The translations under genes and the position numbers were made by a program. From Candidatus Multivoraceae bacterium (GTDB lineage: Bacteria > Acidobacteriota > Thermoanaerobaculia > Multivoradales > Multivoraceae), in contig CBDCWR010000007.1 of the NCBI GenBank assembly GCA_965223385.1, positions 2,498,301-2,562,300 on the forward strand: a stretch of 64,000 bases of DNA, given 5' to 3'. Shown piece by piece: positions 39,961 to 49,250 of the stretch (its first letter is position 1; every line of letters begins with the position of its first letter). Under the pieces are notes generated by a model. It saw only the letters and a list, made by a program, of their open reading frames with translations, did no database searches and had not been told where the DNA came from.

Positions 39961-40237
39961 GGGCCTGATGAAAAAGTCTCGCAGGCCTGGCGCAAGGAGT
40001 TTCGGTTCGTGGCAAGGCGTTTCTCCGCAAGCGATGCCACTGCCCATCGTTGAGGAGAAAGAACGCAGTCCACGGGCCGAAAATCCTTGCGCCCCAAGGG
40101 GTTGTGGCCGGCGCGGACGCATCTGCTACGTTCTTTTCTCTCCACGATGGCACCGCATCGAGTTCGAGAAAACGCCTTGCATCTACGCCCGCGGCGACCA
40201 CAACCAGGCCCGCGAGACTTTTCCATCAGGCCCCTAG
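39957..40237. repeat. 281-bp imperfect palindromic element (MITE-like or a long structured hairpin) between convergent asd and SSF genes.
   Basis: Terminal arms CTAGGGGCCTGATGAAAAAGTCTCGC / GCGAGACTTTTCCATCAGGCCCCTAG. The arms are about 80% self-complementary over roughly 2 x 120 nt. Mirror-image 89-aa ORFs on both strands are an artefact of it. Both flanking stop codons lie in the terminal CTAG. Confidence 0.8.
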
Positions 40238-41676
40238 ACCGGGTCGCGCCGGCGCTCGAGCCACGACACCCCGACGCAGAGCGCGACGTTCAGCACGAGC
40301 CCCAACAGGCCCGTGTGGATGCCGTAGACCTTGCCGTAGCCCAGGAGCTTGGTGCCCGCGGCGACGCTCGTGCCGGCGGCCAGACCAATCAGCGCCCCGC
40401 GCGCGGTCAGCCCGCGCCAGCCGACCCCGAGGAAGAAGAGGGGGGACACCTGGCAGAGCAGCTCGTTCTTCAGCTCCGCGAGACCCCAGAGCGTGAGCCG
40501 CGGGACGAGGGCCACGGCGACCAGGGCGGCCATGATCGCCCACGACAGCGTCTTGCCCCACCGGGTGAGCTTCGCCTCGTCGGCGTCCTTCAGGAGGCCA
40601 CGCCCCAGCACGTCCTTGGTCAGGATCGACGACAGACTGAGAAGCACCGAGTCGGCGGTCGACATGATCGCGGCCATCGCGCCCAGGAGAACGAGCGACG
40701 CCGAGATCGCAAACAGCGGCGAGCCCTGCGTCCACTCCCGCAGCAGCATCGGCATGACCTGGTCGGCACCAATCTCCCCGAGCTCCCCGTCGTAGCGCCG
40801 CACGCCGTACAGGCCGACCAGGACCACGACGGGCATGGTCACGAGCGGCATGAAGGCCATGATGCCGAGGGAGCGGCGCAGTACCCGTGCGCTGCGTGCG
40901 GCGTAGATCCTCTGGATGGCCTGGGGATACACGGCGGCCGCGAAGCCGACGGTCAGGATGTTGCTCATCCACGTGCGCAGGAGATCGGGCTCGGGCCGCT
41001 GCACGAGCTCCGGCCGGTTCTCGGTCAACCATTCGGTGAGTCCGAACAGCCCACCCGAGCTGGTGAGCACCGCAGCCAGGATTCCGGCGAGGCCGATGAG
41101 CAGCAGCACACCTTGCAGTGCGTCGGTCCAGGCCACGGCCCGCAGACCACCGAGTGTCTCGTAGAGCACGATCACCACCGCGAACAGGAGGACGCCCGCG
41201 GCGTAGGGGATGGCGCCGTCGCTGATGCCTTCGGTGAGGTGGCCGATCGCCATGAGCTGCGCGAGCAGGTAGTTCGTGATGGCCACGATCAGGAGCAGGT
41301 TGGCGCAGTGGGTGAGGAGCGGGCTGCCCCAGCGGTGGTCGAACCAGTCGGCCGGCGTGACGAAGGCGTGCTCGGAGGCGGCCTGTTTGAGCCCCGGCGC
41401 GAACGTCAGGTACACGACCACCACGGCCATCATGAAGCTGGCCGACATGATCCACGCGAACCCCATGCGGTAGGCCTCGCCGGGGTAGCCGATGAGCGAG
41501 TTGCCGCTGTATTGCGTGGCGTACAGCGTGAGCACGAGCACCGGCACGCCGAGGCCGCGGCCGGCGAGGTAGAAGTCGGAGAGCGAGCCGGCCGTGCTGG
41601 CACGCCGCGAGAGGAACGCGATCAGGGCCAGCGCGCCAGCGTAGATCGCGAGGAGAGCGATCGCTCCCGGGCTCAT
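40234..41676 (-). CDS. Sodium:solute symporter family (SSF) transporter.
   Basis: About 13 TM helices. SSF-like motifs are present (GR.LG.......YA..YSG.SL.G.PG). Confidence 0.8.
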   Translation of the reverse strand: MSPGAIALLAIYAGALALIAFLSRRASTAGSLSDFYLAGRGLGVPVLVLTLYATQYSGNSLIGYPGEAYRMGFAWIMSASFMMAVVVVYLTFAPGLKQAASEHAFVTPADWFDHRWGSPLLTHCANLLLIVAITNYLLAQLMAIGHLTEGISDGAIPYAAGVLLFAVVIVLYETLGGLRAVAWTDALQGVLLLIGLAGILAAVLTSSGGLFGLTEWLTENRPELVQRPEPDLLRTWMSNILTVGFAAAVYPQAIQRIYAARSARVLRRSLGIMAFMPLVTMPVVVLVGLYGVRRYDGELGEIGADQVMPMLLREWTQGSPLFAISASLVLLGAMAAIMSTADSVLLSLSSILTKDVLGRGLLKDADEAKLTRWGKTLSWAIMAALVAVALVPRLTLWGLAELKNELLCQVSPLFFLGVGWRGLTARGALIGLAAGTSVAAGTKLLGYGKVYGIHTGLLGLVLNVALCVGVSWLERRRDPV

Positions 41677-41882
41677 TCGTCGGTCCAGTACCGCCGCATC
41701 AGGGCGTTCACGGTCAGTGCGACGAGCAGGCCGAAGAACAGCGCGGTCACCACCCAGCGCGGGGCGCCGAACCAGAGTACCGGCGGCGTCTCCTGCGGCA
41801 GCCACCACGGAATTGCGAGGGCGTACAGGGCCGCCAGAAGAGGCCAGGCCCAGGCGGGGAAGGTGGGGGAGGGTCGCTGCAT
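41673..41882 (-). CDS. Small two-TM membrane protein (DUF3311/DUF485-like) translationally coupled to the SSF symporter.
   Basis: 69 aa from M78 of the track ORF, two TM helices, stop overlapping the symporter start (ATGA). Confidence 0.5.
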   Translation of the reverse strand: MQRPSPTFPAWAWPLLAALYALAIPWWLPQETPPVLWFGAPRWVVTALFFGLLVALTVNALMRRYWTDE

Positions 41883-42124
41883 CGGCCGGAGCGCCTCGTC
41901 GTGCGTGCGGATCGTGGAAGTGAAGGGTGCGACTCTACAGGAGGCCGAGTGAAGAGCCTCGGCTCGTGTGCATCCCGCGGCCAGCGCCGAGATCGGCCCG
42001 CACGGGGCCGGTTTTGCCGACCCCGCAGGTCGGCGATCCGACCAATCCGCGGCGTGCTCTCCGACGGAGAAGTGGGTGGAATGCGCGGCGACGGGCTGCG
42101 CCCGGCACTTCAAGGAGACTCACC

Positions 42125-42598
42125 ATGAGTTCACATATTTCGCCTCGACGCTTCGTTCTCGCCGCACTGCTGTCCTGCGTTGCGGTCGCCTTCCTCCCGG
42201 GAGCCGTGCTCGCCGAGGACCCGATCTACACCGCGCGCTTCAGCGACGTCGCGATCAAGGGGTACGACCCGGTCGCCTACTTCAAGGCCAAGGCACCGAC
42301 CAAGGGTGACAGCGCGCATGCCTTCGAGTGGAAGGGCGCCGAGTGGCGCTTTGCATCTGCCGAGAACCGCGACCTCTTCGCCGCGGATCCCGAGAAGTGG
42401 GCGCCCCAGTACGGCGGCTACTGCGCTTGGGCCGTGAGCCAGGGCTACACGGCGGGCATCGATCCGGATGCATGGACGGTCGTGGGCGACAAGCTGTACC
42501 TGAACTACAGCAAGAAGATCCAGTCGCGCTGGGAGAAGGACCGCAACGCCAACATCGAGAAGGCCGACGCCAACTGGCCTGCGGTTCTCGACAAGTGA
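42125..42598 (+). CDS. Secreted YHS-like domain protein.
   Basis: Signal peptide. GYDPVAYF...G....Y.G..WRFAS..N...F..DP.KW.PQYGGYCA resembles a Cys-less YHS domain. Confidence 0.45.
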   Translation: MSSHISPRRFVLAALLSCVAVAFLPGAVLAEDPIYTARFSDVAIKGYDPVAYFKAKAPTKGDSAHAFEWKGAEWRFASAENRDLFAADPEKWAPQYGGYCAWAVSQGYTAGIDPDAWTVVGDKLYLNYSKKIQSRWEKDRNANIEKADANWPAVLDK

Positions 42599-42609
42599 GG
42601 GCCGAGAGC

Positions 42610-43032
42610 ATGAGCACCCCCGATGTGGCTCTCGACTCCCGCGCGCCCTCGAAGGGAGCCCGCGCCGGGCTCTTCCTGCTGCAGCTCGTCGTGGCCGGCA
42701 TCCTCCTGCAGACCCTCTTTTTCAAGTTCACGGGCGCTGCCGAGAGCGTGTGGATCTTCACGCAGCTCGGGGCGGAGCCTTGGGGCCGATGGGCCTCCGG
42801 GCTCGCGGAGCTGCTCGCCAGCGCTCTCCTCTTCGTTCCCGGAAAGCGAGTCTTCGGCGCGCTGCTGGCGCTGGGAGTGATGGCCGGCGCGATCGTCAGT
42901 CATCTGACCGTCCTCGGCATCGAGGTCCAGGGGGACGGTGGTCTCCTGTTCGCCCTGGCCTGTACGGTTCTGGCGAGCTCCGCCGTTCTCGCCTGGGCGT
43001 CGCGGCACGAGCTGCCTCGGCTGAGCCGATGA
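42610..43032 (+). CDS. DoxX-family membrane protein.
   Basis: 4 TM helices with a DoxX-like arrangement (LRLVVAGILLQTLFFKFTGA...). Confidence 0.6.
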   Translation: MSTPDVALDSRAPSKGARAGLFLLQLVVAGILLQTLFFKFTGAAESVWIFTQLGAEPWGRWASGLAELLASALLFVPGKRVFGALLALGVMAGAIVSHLTVLGIEVQGDGGLLFALACTVLASSAVLAWASRHELPRLSR

Positions 43033-43054
43033 CCCCGGTTCGGGCCTGATCGTC

Positions 43055-43080
43055 TGCGCGCCGCCTTCTGGCGGCGCGCA
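43055..43080 (+). terminator. Candidate terminator hairpin after the DoxX gene.
   Basis: 11-bp stem TGCGCGCCGCC-ttct-GGCGGCGCGCA, followed by GCTCTCGT. Confidence 0.4.
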
Positions 43081-43118
43081 GCTCTCGTGGCGGGACTCGG
43101 AGCAGCTAGCATCGAGCC

Positions 43119-43904
43119 GTGCACGTCACCCACGATCCCCAACAGGGCCTCGTTCGCGTCCAGCTCGACGACGATGCCGCGCTCGATGCCAAGCTGACCG
43201 AATGGCGGTCGTTTCCTCGGCTCCGCTTGGAGGAGAGGGCGGAAGAGGGGAGCACCCTGCGGGTCACGCTCGCCTCGCGGGCTCGCGAAGTGGTGCTCCC
43301 GTGCCGGGTGAAGCAGGTCTTCCGGAGCGGCCAGACGCACTGGGGCACCATGCTGGAGGTGCTCGATTGGGCTGCTGCGGAGGCCAACGTCGCGCCGCAG
43401 GCCGAGCCAGAGGACTCCGACGAGGACACGCAGGGGGACGCCACGGAGGTGACCGAGACGCAGGACGGCGTCGGGCGCGACGAGACGCGCGGCGTGTCTC
43501 CCATCTTCGAGATCCGCCAGATGAACGTCACCCAGAAGTCGCTCCTGGCGCCCAAGGCGAGCCGCCCCCAGCGGCAGATCCTGCTGCGCGACCCGAATCC
43601 GCAGGTGCTGCTGGCGCTCCTCAACCACCCGCGTATCGAGGCCAAGGAGGTGCTGGCGCTGGTGAAGAACACGCAGGCGCCGAGCGGCCTCCTGCAGCGC
43701 GTCGCCGGCGACAAGCGGTTTGCGTCGAACTACGAGATCCAGGCGGCCCTCGTCCGCAACCCAAAGACTCCGACGCCCATCGCAATTCGCCTGGTGGAGC
43801 TCCTGCGCCCCAACGACCTGCGCGACCTGGCCAAGAACCAGGGCATTCGCGAGGAGCTGCGGAAGGTGATCCTGCGCGTCCACCTCCGTCGGACCCAGCG
43901 CTGA
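43119..43904 (+). CDS. Hypothetical protein with C-terminal HEAT-like helical repeats.
   Basis: ORF with high GC3. The C-terminus carries repeats (LLALLNHPRIEAKEVLALVKN ... ALVRNPKTPTPIAIRLVELL). Confidence 0.45.
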   Translation: MHVTHDPQQGLVRVQLDDDAALDAKLTEWRSFPRLRLEERAEEGSTLRVTLASRAREVVLPCRVKQVFRSGQTHWGTMLEVLDWAAAEANVAPQAEPEDSDEDTQGDATEVTETQDGVGRDETRGVSPIFEIRQMNVTQKSLLAPKASRPQRQILLRDPNPQVLLALLNHPRIEAKEVLALVKNTQAPSGLLQRVAGDKRFASNYEIQAALVRNPKTPTPIAIRLVELLRPNDLRDLAKNQGIREELRKVILRVHLRRTQR

Positions 43905-44162
43905 CGGTCGTGCTCGGGCTGATGGATTTCAGCCCTGCGCTCGCCTGATGTCGATGCTCCGTCCCCTGTGGGGACTTCGCGCTCCATGCTCGCTGCGCGC
44001 GCGCCCTGCGGGCGCGTTGCAGTTTGGCGGACCAAACGTGCTGCGCGTCGCTTGACGGTCTCGGCGTGGTGAGTACCCCGCCTGCGCTCGTCCTGAGTTG
44101 ATGCTCTGCCGCTCGCGCGAAGAGAGGAGGACGTGTCAGAGTCAGTGCGGTAGGAGGGAGGC

Positions 44163-45740
44163 ATGGGACGTCGGCAGGTGCTGAGCACGATGGGCGTGAG
44201 GTCAGGCGGGCGTCGCGGCAGGCCCGCGGTCGCCGCGAGCGCGCTCCTCGTTCTGTCGCACCTGCTGACTCCGGCCGCGCACGGTCAGAAGGTGGCAATT
44301 TCCGGAGCCGATGCCGCCGCGGACGTCCGCGAGCTGCAGCGACTGCTGGAGGTCGAGTCGTCCTACGCGCGGCTCGCCGATCAGTCCTGGCGCTCCCGCC
44401 TCGAGAGTCTGGCGACCAGGGTCGAGAGCGAGCCGGTGGTGCAAGTTCACACGCTCCGTCTCTTGCTCGCCGACGTCCTGGGCGACCTGGGAGACCGACA
44501 CTCCGGCATCCGCCCCGCGCGCACCCGTGGACGAACGGCCGCACCTCCGATCCGGTACGGAGAGCTGCCGGTGGCGCTGGCTCGCCTGGGCGAGCGACTT
44601 CTCGTGTTGCGTCCGGTCGGTGAGCGCTTTCAGCCGCTGGACGCCGAGTACCCCTTCCTCGCGGCGATCGACGGGGTACCGATTCGAGAGGCGATCGCGG
44701 CGTGGACTCCCGAGAATCGCGCCGCTCCGCCGTTGTCGTCCTTGGCGAACGGTGCCCGGTCGCTCCGGAGGCTGGGCGCGCTGCGCTCGCTCCGGGTCGG
44801 TGACGAGGTTCAATTGACTCTGGCCGGTGCGGGCGACGAAGCGTCAGCCAGTCGTCGTGACGTGAGTGTCGAGCTGGTCGAAGAGGGTCCACTCCACACC
44901 GACGGCTCCACGCTCTGGTCCGTTTACCGCGACGCGATGCGGGAAGAACGCCTCGAAGCGCTTGCGCGACGTCTGGGCGAGCGGATCGGCTACATCGCCA
45001 TCCCCGACATGGTCTCTCTCGAGCGGACGCCGGCGATGGCTCGTTCACTGCGCAGCGCGATGGAGAGCATGCGAGACCTCGCTGCCCTGGTACTCGATGT
45101 GCGAGGCAACGGCGGCGGCACGCGCGAGATCCTCTGGCTCCTGGCGCCCTACCTGGTGCCGAGGGACGTGGCGCCGTGGGTGGCGAACGTCGCGTACCTA
45201 CGCAGCGACCAGCAGCTCGACGAGGAGCTGGAGAGTCTCACCAGCCGCTACCTCCTTCCTCAGGGTTCGGGCCGGTTCGACGACCGTGACCGGGCCGTGA
45301 TGCAGCGTTTTCTGGAGTCTTTCAGCCCGCGCCGCCCAGTGCCCTCCGACCGCTTCAGCGCTCCCTACGTGATGCTGCTGCACTCGGGCCCTGAGCCCTT
45401 CGACGGCCGCGTCTACGTGCTGGCCAACGAGCAGACCTTCAGCGCCGCCTCGGTCTTTGTCGCCGCGCTCGAAGGCCTACCCAACGTCACGTTGGCGGGA
45501 GTGCGCACCGACGGGTCGAGCGGCAGGTCCAGGCGGCACCAGCTGCCCAACTCGCAGCTCGAGGTCCGCCTGTCGACGATGACCAGCTACCAGCGCGACG
45601 GCACCACGCTCGACGGAAACGGCACAGTACCCCATCTCGAGATCGACGTGACTCTCGAGCAGCGCCTCACCGGTCGGGACCTGCAGCTCGAGGCGTTGGT
45701 GGCCGAGATCGAGCGCCGCCTGGCTTCCTCCGCTCCCTAA
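44163..45740 (+). CDS. S41-family peptidase (C-terminal processing protease-like).
   Basis: RBS GGAGGGAGG, signal peptide, LDVRGNGGG motif, and the catalytic Ser/Lys region typical of S41. Confidence 0.75.
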   Translation: MGRRQVLSTMGVRSGGRRGRPAVAASALLVLSHLLTPAAHGQKVAISGADAAADVRELQRLLEVESSYARLADQSWRSRLESLATRVESEPVVQVHTLRLLLADVLGDLGDRHSGIRPARTRGRTAAPPIRYGELPVALARLGERLLVLRPVGERFQPLDAEYPFLAAIDGVPIREAIAAWTPENRAAPPLSSLANGARSLRRLGALRSLRVGDEVQLTLAGAGDEASASRRDVSVELVEEGPLHTDGSTLWSVYRDAMREERLEALARRLGERIGYIAIPDMVSLERTPAMARSLRSAMESMRDLAALVLDVRGNGGGTREILWLLAPYLVPRDVAPWVANVAYLRSDQQLDEELESLTSRYLLPQGSGRFDDRDRAVMQRFLESFSPRRPVPSDRFSAPYVMLLHSGPEPFDGRVYVLANEQTFSAASVFVAALEGLPNVTLAGVRTDGSSGRSRRHQLPNSQLEVRLSTMTSYQRDGTTLDGNGTVPHLEIDVTLEQRLTGRDLQLEALVAEIERRLASSAP

Positions 45741-45742
45741 AG

Positions 45743-47388
45743 CTAGGCGGTCGCGATCCTGGTCAGACCTCCGGTCTCGGGATCCGGGGCGTAGAAGTCG
45801 TTCCCCTTGTCGTCGACGACGATGAACGCGGGGAAGTCCTCCACCTCGATCTTCCAGACGGCCTCCATGCCGAGCTCGGGGAACTCGAGCACCTCGACCT
45901 TCTTGATCGAGTGCTCGGCCAGCCGCGCCGCCGGGCCGCCGATCGAGCCCAGGTAGAAGCCGCCGTGCTTGGCGCATGCGTTGCGCACCTGCGCGGAGCG
46001 GTTGCCCTTCGCGAGCATGACCAGAGAGCCGCCGTGCTGCTGGAAGAGGTCGACGTAGGAGTCCATGCGGCCCGCGGTGGTGGGGCCGAACGATCCGGAG
46101 GCGTAGCCCTCCGGCTTTTTGGCCGGGCCGGCGTAGTACACCGCGTGGTCCTTCATGTACTGCGGGAACTCACCGCCTTCGTCGAGGCGCTCCTTGATCT
46201 TGCGTGCGCGATGTCCCGCGCCACCACCAGGGTACCCGTGAGCGACAGGCGGGTCGACACCGGGTGCTTCGAGAGCTCCTCACGGATCTCCTTCATCGGG
46301 CGTGACAGGTCGATGGAGACCACGTCGCCGTCGAGGTCGGCCGTCTCCACCTCCGGCAGGAACTGCGCCGGGTTCGTCTCCAGCTGCTCGAGGAAGACTC
46401 CGTCGCGCGTGATCTTGCCGAGCACCTGACGATCCGCCGAGCACGACACTCCGAGCCCGACCGGGCACGACGCGCCATGGCGTGGCAGGCGAATCACGCG
46501 GACGTCGTGGGCGAAGTACTTGCCCCCGAACTGGGCGCCGATGCCGGTCTCCTGGCAGAGCTCGAACACGCGCTCCTCCCACTCGAGGTCGCGGAAGGCA
46601 CGGCCGTACTCGTTGCCGGTGGTCGGCAACGTGTCGAGGGAGTGGGTCGACGCGAGCTTGAGCGTCTTCATGGTGGCTTCGGCCGACGTCCCGCCGATCA
46701 CCAGTGCGAGGTGGTACGGCGGGCAGGCCGATGTGCCGAGGGAGCCGAGGTGTGTTCTCACCCACTCCTCGAGAGAGGCCTCGTTGAGCAGCGCTTTCGT
46801 CTCCTGGTGCAGGAACATCTTGTTGGCACTGCCGCCGCCTTTTGCGATGAAGAGAAAGTGGTACTCGTCGCCCGGGTCGGCATGAATCTCGATCTGGGCC
46901 GGGAGATTGGTGCCCGTGTTCTTCTCCAGGAACATGTCGAGCGGTGCCATCTGCGAGTAGCGCAGGTTGCGCGTGGCGTATGCCTGGAAGATGCCCCGCG
47001 AGAGCACCTCCTCGTCGTCCACGCCGGTGAACACGTTCTCGCCCTTGTGGCCGTGCACGATGGCCGTGCCGGTGTCCTGGCAGCCGGGCAGGACGCGCCC
47101 TGCCGCGATGTTTGCGTTCTTGAGCAGCTCGAGCGCCACGAAGCGGTCGTTGCTCGAGGCCTCCGGGTCGTCGAGGATCTTGCGCAGCTGCTGCAGGTGG
47201 CTCGTGCGCAGCAGATGCGTCACGTCGTCGAGGGCCTGCTCGGCGAGGAGCTCGAGGGCCTTCGGGTCGATCTCGAGGATCTCGCGGTCCCCGCATCGCG
47301 TGGTCGTGACGTAGTCGGAGGTGAGCTGACGGTACTCGGTGTCGTCGTGGCCGAGCTCGAAGAGCGGCTGGTACTTGAAGTCAGGCAT
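45743..47388 (-). CDS. Class I fumarate hydratase (FumA/FumB type), split by an apparent 1-nt deletion near 46200-46212 into ORFs 46153..47388 and 45743..46156.
   Basis: 411 + 137 aa equals 548, the length of FumA. ORF1 ends ..RDIAHAR. The ORF2 frame upstream of its Met reads [30 protein letters not shown], which reproduces the FumA linker [30 protein letters not shown]. The break falls inside gcgcacgcaag. Confidence 0.8.
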
Positions 47389-47624
47389 AGCGCCGAGAGT
47401 CTAGCGGGCTGGTCGCGGGGCTCCCAGCCCCCGACGGTCGCTCGACCATCCAGCGCCTGGCTCTGCGAGCCGGCCTGGCTGCTCACTCCGTTGTTCAGAA
47501 GAACCTGTGCTCCGAGTCATCAGCGTCTGGGTGCCTTCATCGTGAAGAAGGGTTGGTAGCCAGGCACTGCGATCTGCACCTCGTCTTCCTGCGAGAGCCG
47601 GGACTCCTCACGGACTCCCGGCAG

Positions 47625-47720
47625 AAGCAGGTAGGGCATGACAACGGGTCACTCCGTCGCCTCTCGAAGTTTCACGTCGGCTGTGACGGTCCAACGATCT
47701 GGCGTGGTCCGGGCCCGCGA
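47625..47720. repeat. Degenerate third copy of the ~97-bp repeat unit seen at 49055-49250.
   Basis: GAAGTTTCACGTCGGCTGTGACGGTCCAACGATCTGGCGTGG aligns with GAAGTTTCTCGGCTGCGCGACCAACCGCTCACGATCTGGCGCGG. The upstream GGCAGAA.. block also matches. Confidence 0.5.
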
Positions 47721-47783
47721 CAAAGGTTGATCGCCTGGCCTGAACCTCTCTCAACGACGTCTCGAGAAGCCAGAGCTCGCGGG

Positions 47784-48046
47784 CTACCCTTCGGTCAGCG
47801 AGGCCAGGACCTCCTCGAAGAGTGCCACCCAGTCGCTCGACCCCAGCGCGCCGTAGCTCTTGCCGAAGCGCACGATCGCGATCTCGTGCTCCGGGGCGAG
47901 GAAGAGGAACTGACCGAAGTTGCCCTCGGCGTAGGGGTGCGGATGGGCGTCGCGGCCGTCGTACTGGCTGAGCCACCACATGTACTGGTCCGACGGAGCC
48001 CCTCCTTGGGTTGCAGATCCGTTGGGTGAGGACGGAAAGGAGCGGC
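47784..48046 (-). pseudogene. C-terminal fragment (about 70-85 aa) of a beta-lactamase-family serine hydrolase, with no N-terminal portion.
   Basis: ..YMWWLSQYDGRDAHPHPYAEGNFGQFLFLAPEHEIAIVRFG.. resembles the C-terminal GxGGQ.l.v.P...lvvV region of class C beta-lactamase-like hydrolases. Upstream in this frame is Arg-rich nonsense that overlaps the NMO gene. Confidence 0.4.
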
Positions 48047-48985
48047 TCAGGACACGTAGGTCTCGGCGAGGTCGCCGACGACGTCCTCGAACTCCGTGAC
48101 CATGTCGCCGATGATGTCGGCCACGGGGCGGACCGCGTCGATGCGGCCGGCGACCTGGCCGGTCAGCGCGACGCCGTTGTCGAGCTTGCCCTCGAAATAG
48201 ACGTCGCGCATGCCCTGCCCGAGCGCTGTCATGGGGTCTCCGCCTTCGCTTTCGAGGCGGTTCGTGCATTTGGTGCGAAGTGCGCGGAGCGCCGGTCCGC
48301 GCTCGCCGCGCAGCATGACGGTGTCGGTCTCTTCGGCTCCGACGATCGCGTGCTTCCAGTTCTCGTGGATGGGGCTCTCCGCGGCCGACACCATGCGCGT
48401 GCCGAGCTGTACCCCTTCGGCCCCGAGGGCGAAGGCCGCCGCCATGGACCTGCCGTCGCAGATACCGCCGGCGGCGATGATGGGCACGTCGACCTGGCTC
48501 CGCACGAGCGGCAGGAGGACCATGGTGGACACCTCGCGAGGATTCTTGAAGCCACCGCCTTCACCACCTTCGACCACGAGTCCGTCCACGCCGGCCTCCA
48601 CGGCGCGCAGCGCCGCCTTGAGGCTGGGGACCACGTGGAAGACCGTGAGCCCGGCGTCTTTGAGCACCGCGGTGAACTTGCGGGGATCACCCGCCGATGT
48701 GGTGGCGAATTTCACGCCCTGGTCGATGACGAAGTCGATGATGCTCGGATCCCGGATGAACGCCTGCGCGATGTTCACGCCGAAGGGTGCGTCGGTCAGC
48801 TCGCGCATCTTCGCGATCTCGCCCCGGATCTCGTCGAGCGCGCCGCTCGAGGTCTCGATGATGCCGAGTGCGCCGGTCTTGGAGACGGCGGACGCGAGCT
48901 GAGCCCGGGCGATGTACCCCATGGGCGCCTGGACGATGGGAATGTCGACCCCGAGCATGTCGGTGATGCGGTTGCTGAACTTCAT
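48047..48985 (-). CDS. Nitronate monooxygenase / NAD(P)H-dependent flavin oxidoreductase (NMO family).
   Basis: IVQAPMGYIA...LGII, GGEGGGF and IIAAGGI motifs. Start at M40, with the RBS AAGGGG upstream. Confidence 0.85.
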   Translation of the reverse strand: MKFSNRITDMLGVDIPIVQAPMGYIARAQLASAVSKTGALGIIETSSGALDEIRGEIAKMRELTDAPFGVNIAQAFIRDPSIIDFVIDQGVKFATTSAGDPRKFTAVLKDAGLTVFHVVPSLKAALRAVEAGVDGLVVEGGEGGGFKNPREVSTMVLLPLVRSQVDVPIIAAGGICDGRSMAAAFALGAEGVQLGTRMVSAAESPIHENWKHAIVGAEETDTVMLRGERGPALRALRTKCTNRLESEGGDPMTALGQGMRDVYFEGKLDNGVALTGQVAGRIDAVRPVADIIGDMVTEFEDVVGDLAETYVS

Positions 48986-49054
48986 GATCTGACCCCTTGA
49001 GGTTCCTGGAGCGGCGGTGGCGGGGAGAATACCTCGGCACGCGCGGCCTGGCGC

Positions 49055-49250
49055 GGCCTGACGGCCGCGTTGGCAGAACCTGCGGTTCTGCTGCGCACTC
49101 AACCCAGGAAGTTTCTCGGCTGCGCGACCAACCGCTCACGATCTGGCGCGGCCTTCGGCCGCGTTGGCAGAGCCTGCGGCTCTGCTGCGGGGGCTCTTAG
49201 CCCAGAAAGGTGTTGGGCTCGGACGACCAGCCGCTCACAATCTGGCGGGC
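49055..49250. repeat. Two tandem copies of a ~97-bp repeat (49055-49151 and 49152-49250), each containing an 8-bp-stem hairpin.
   Basis: Copy 1 hairpin GCAGAACC-tgc-GGTTCTGC (about 49074-49092). Copy 2 hairpin GCAGAGCC-tgc-GGCTCTGC (about 49167-49185). The A>G and T>C changes are compensatory. Overall identity is about 80%. Confidence 0.75.

Noticed and set aside
39957-40237. Mirror-image 89-aa ORFs on both strands (39968..40237 + and 39957..40226 -).
   Set aside because: Both are by-products of the long palindrome: each strand reads nearly the same sequence. There is no RBS, and the peptides are not protein-like.
49055-49250. Tandem direct repeats considered as a CRISPR array.
   Set aside because: There are only two units of about 97 bp with no interspersed unique spacers. 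The units are about 80% identical with internal hairpins. This looks like a REP or duplication-like element, not CRISPR.
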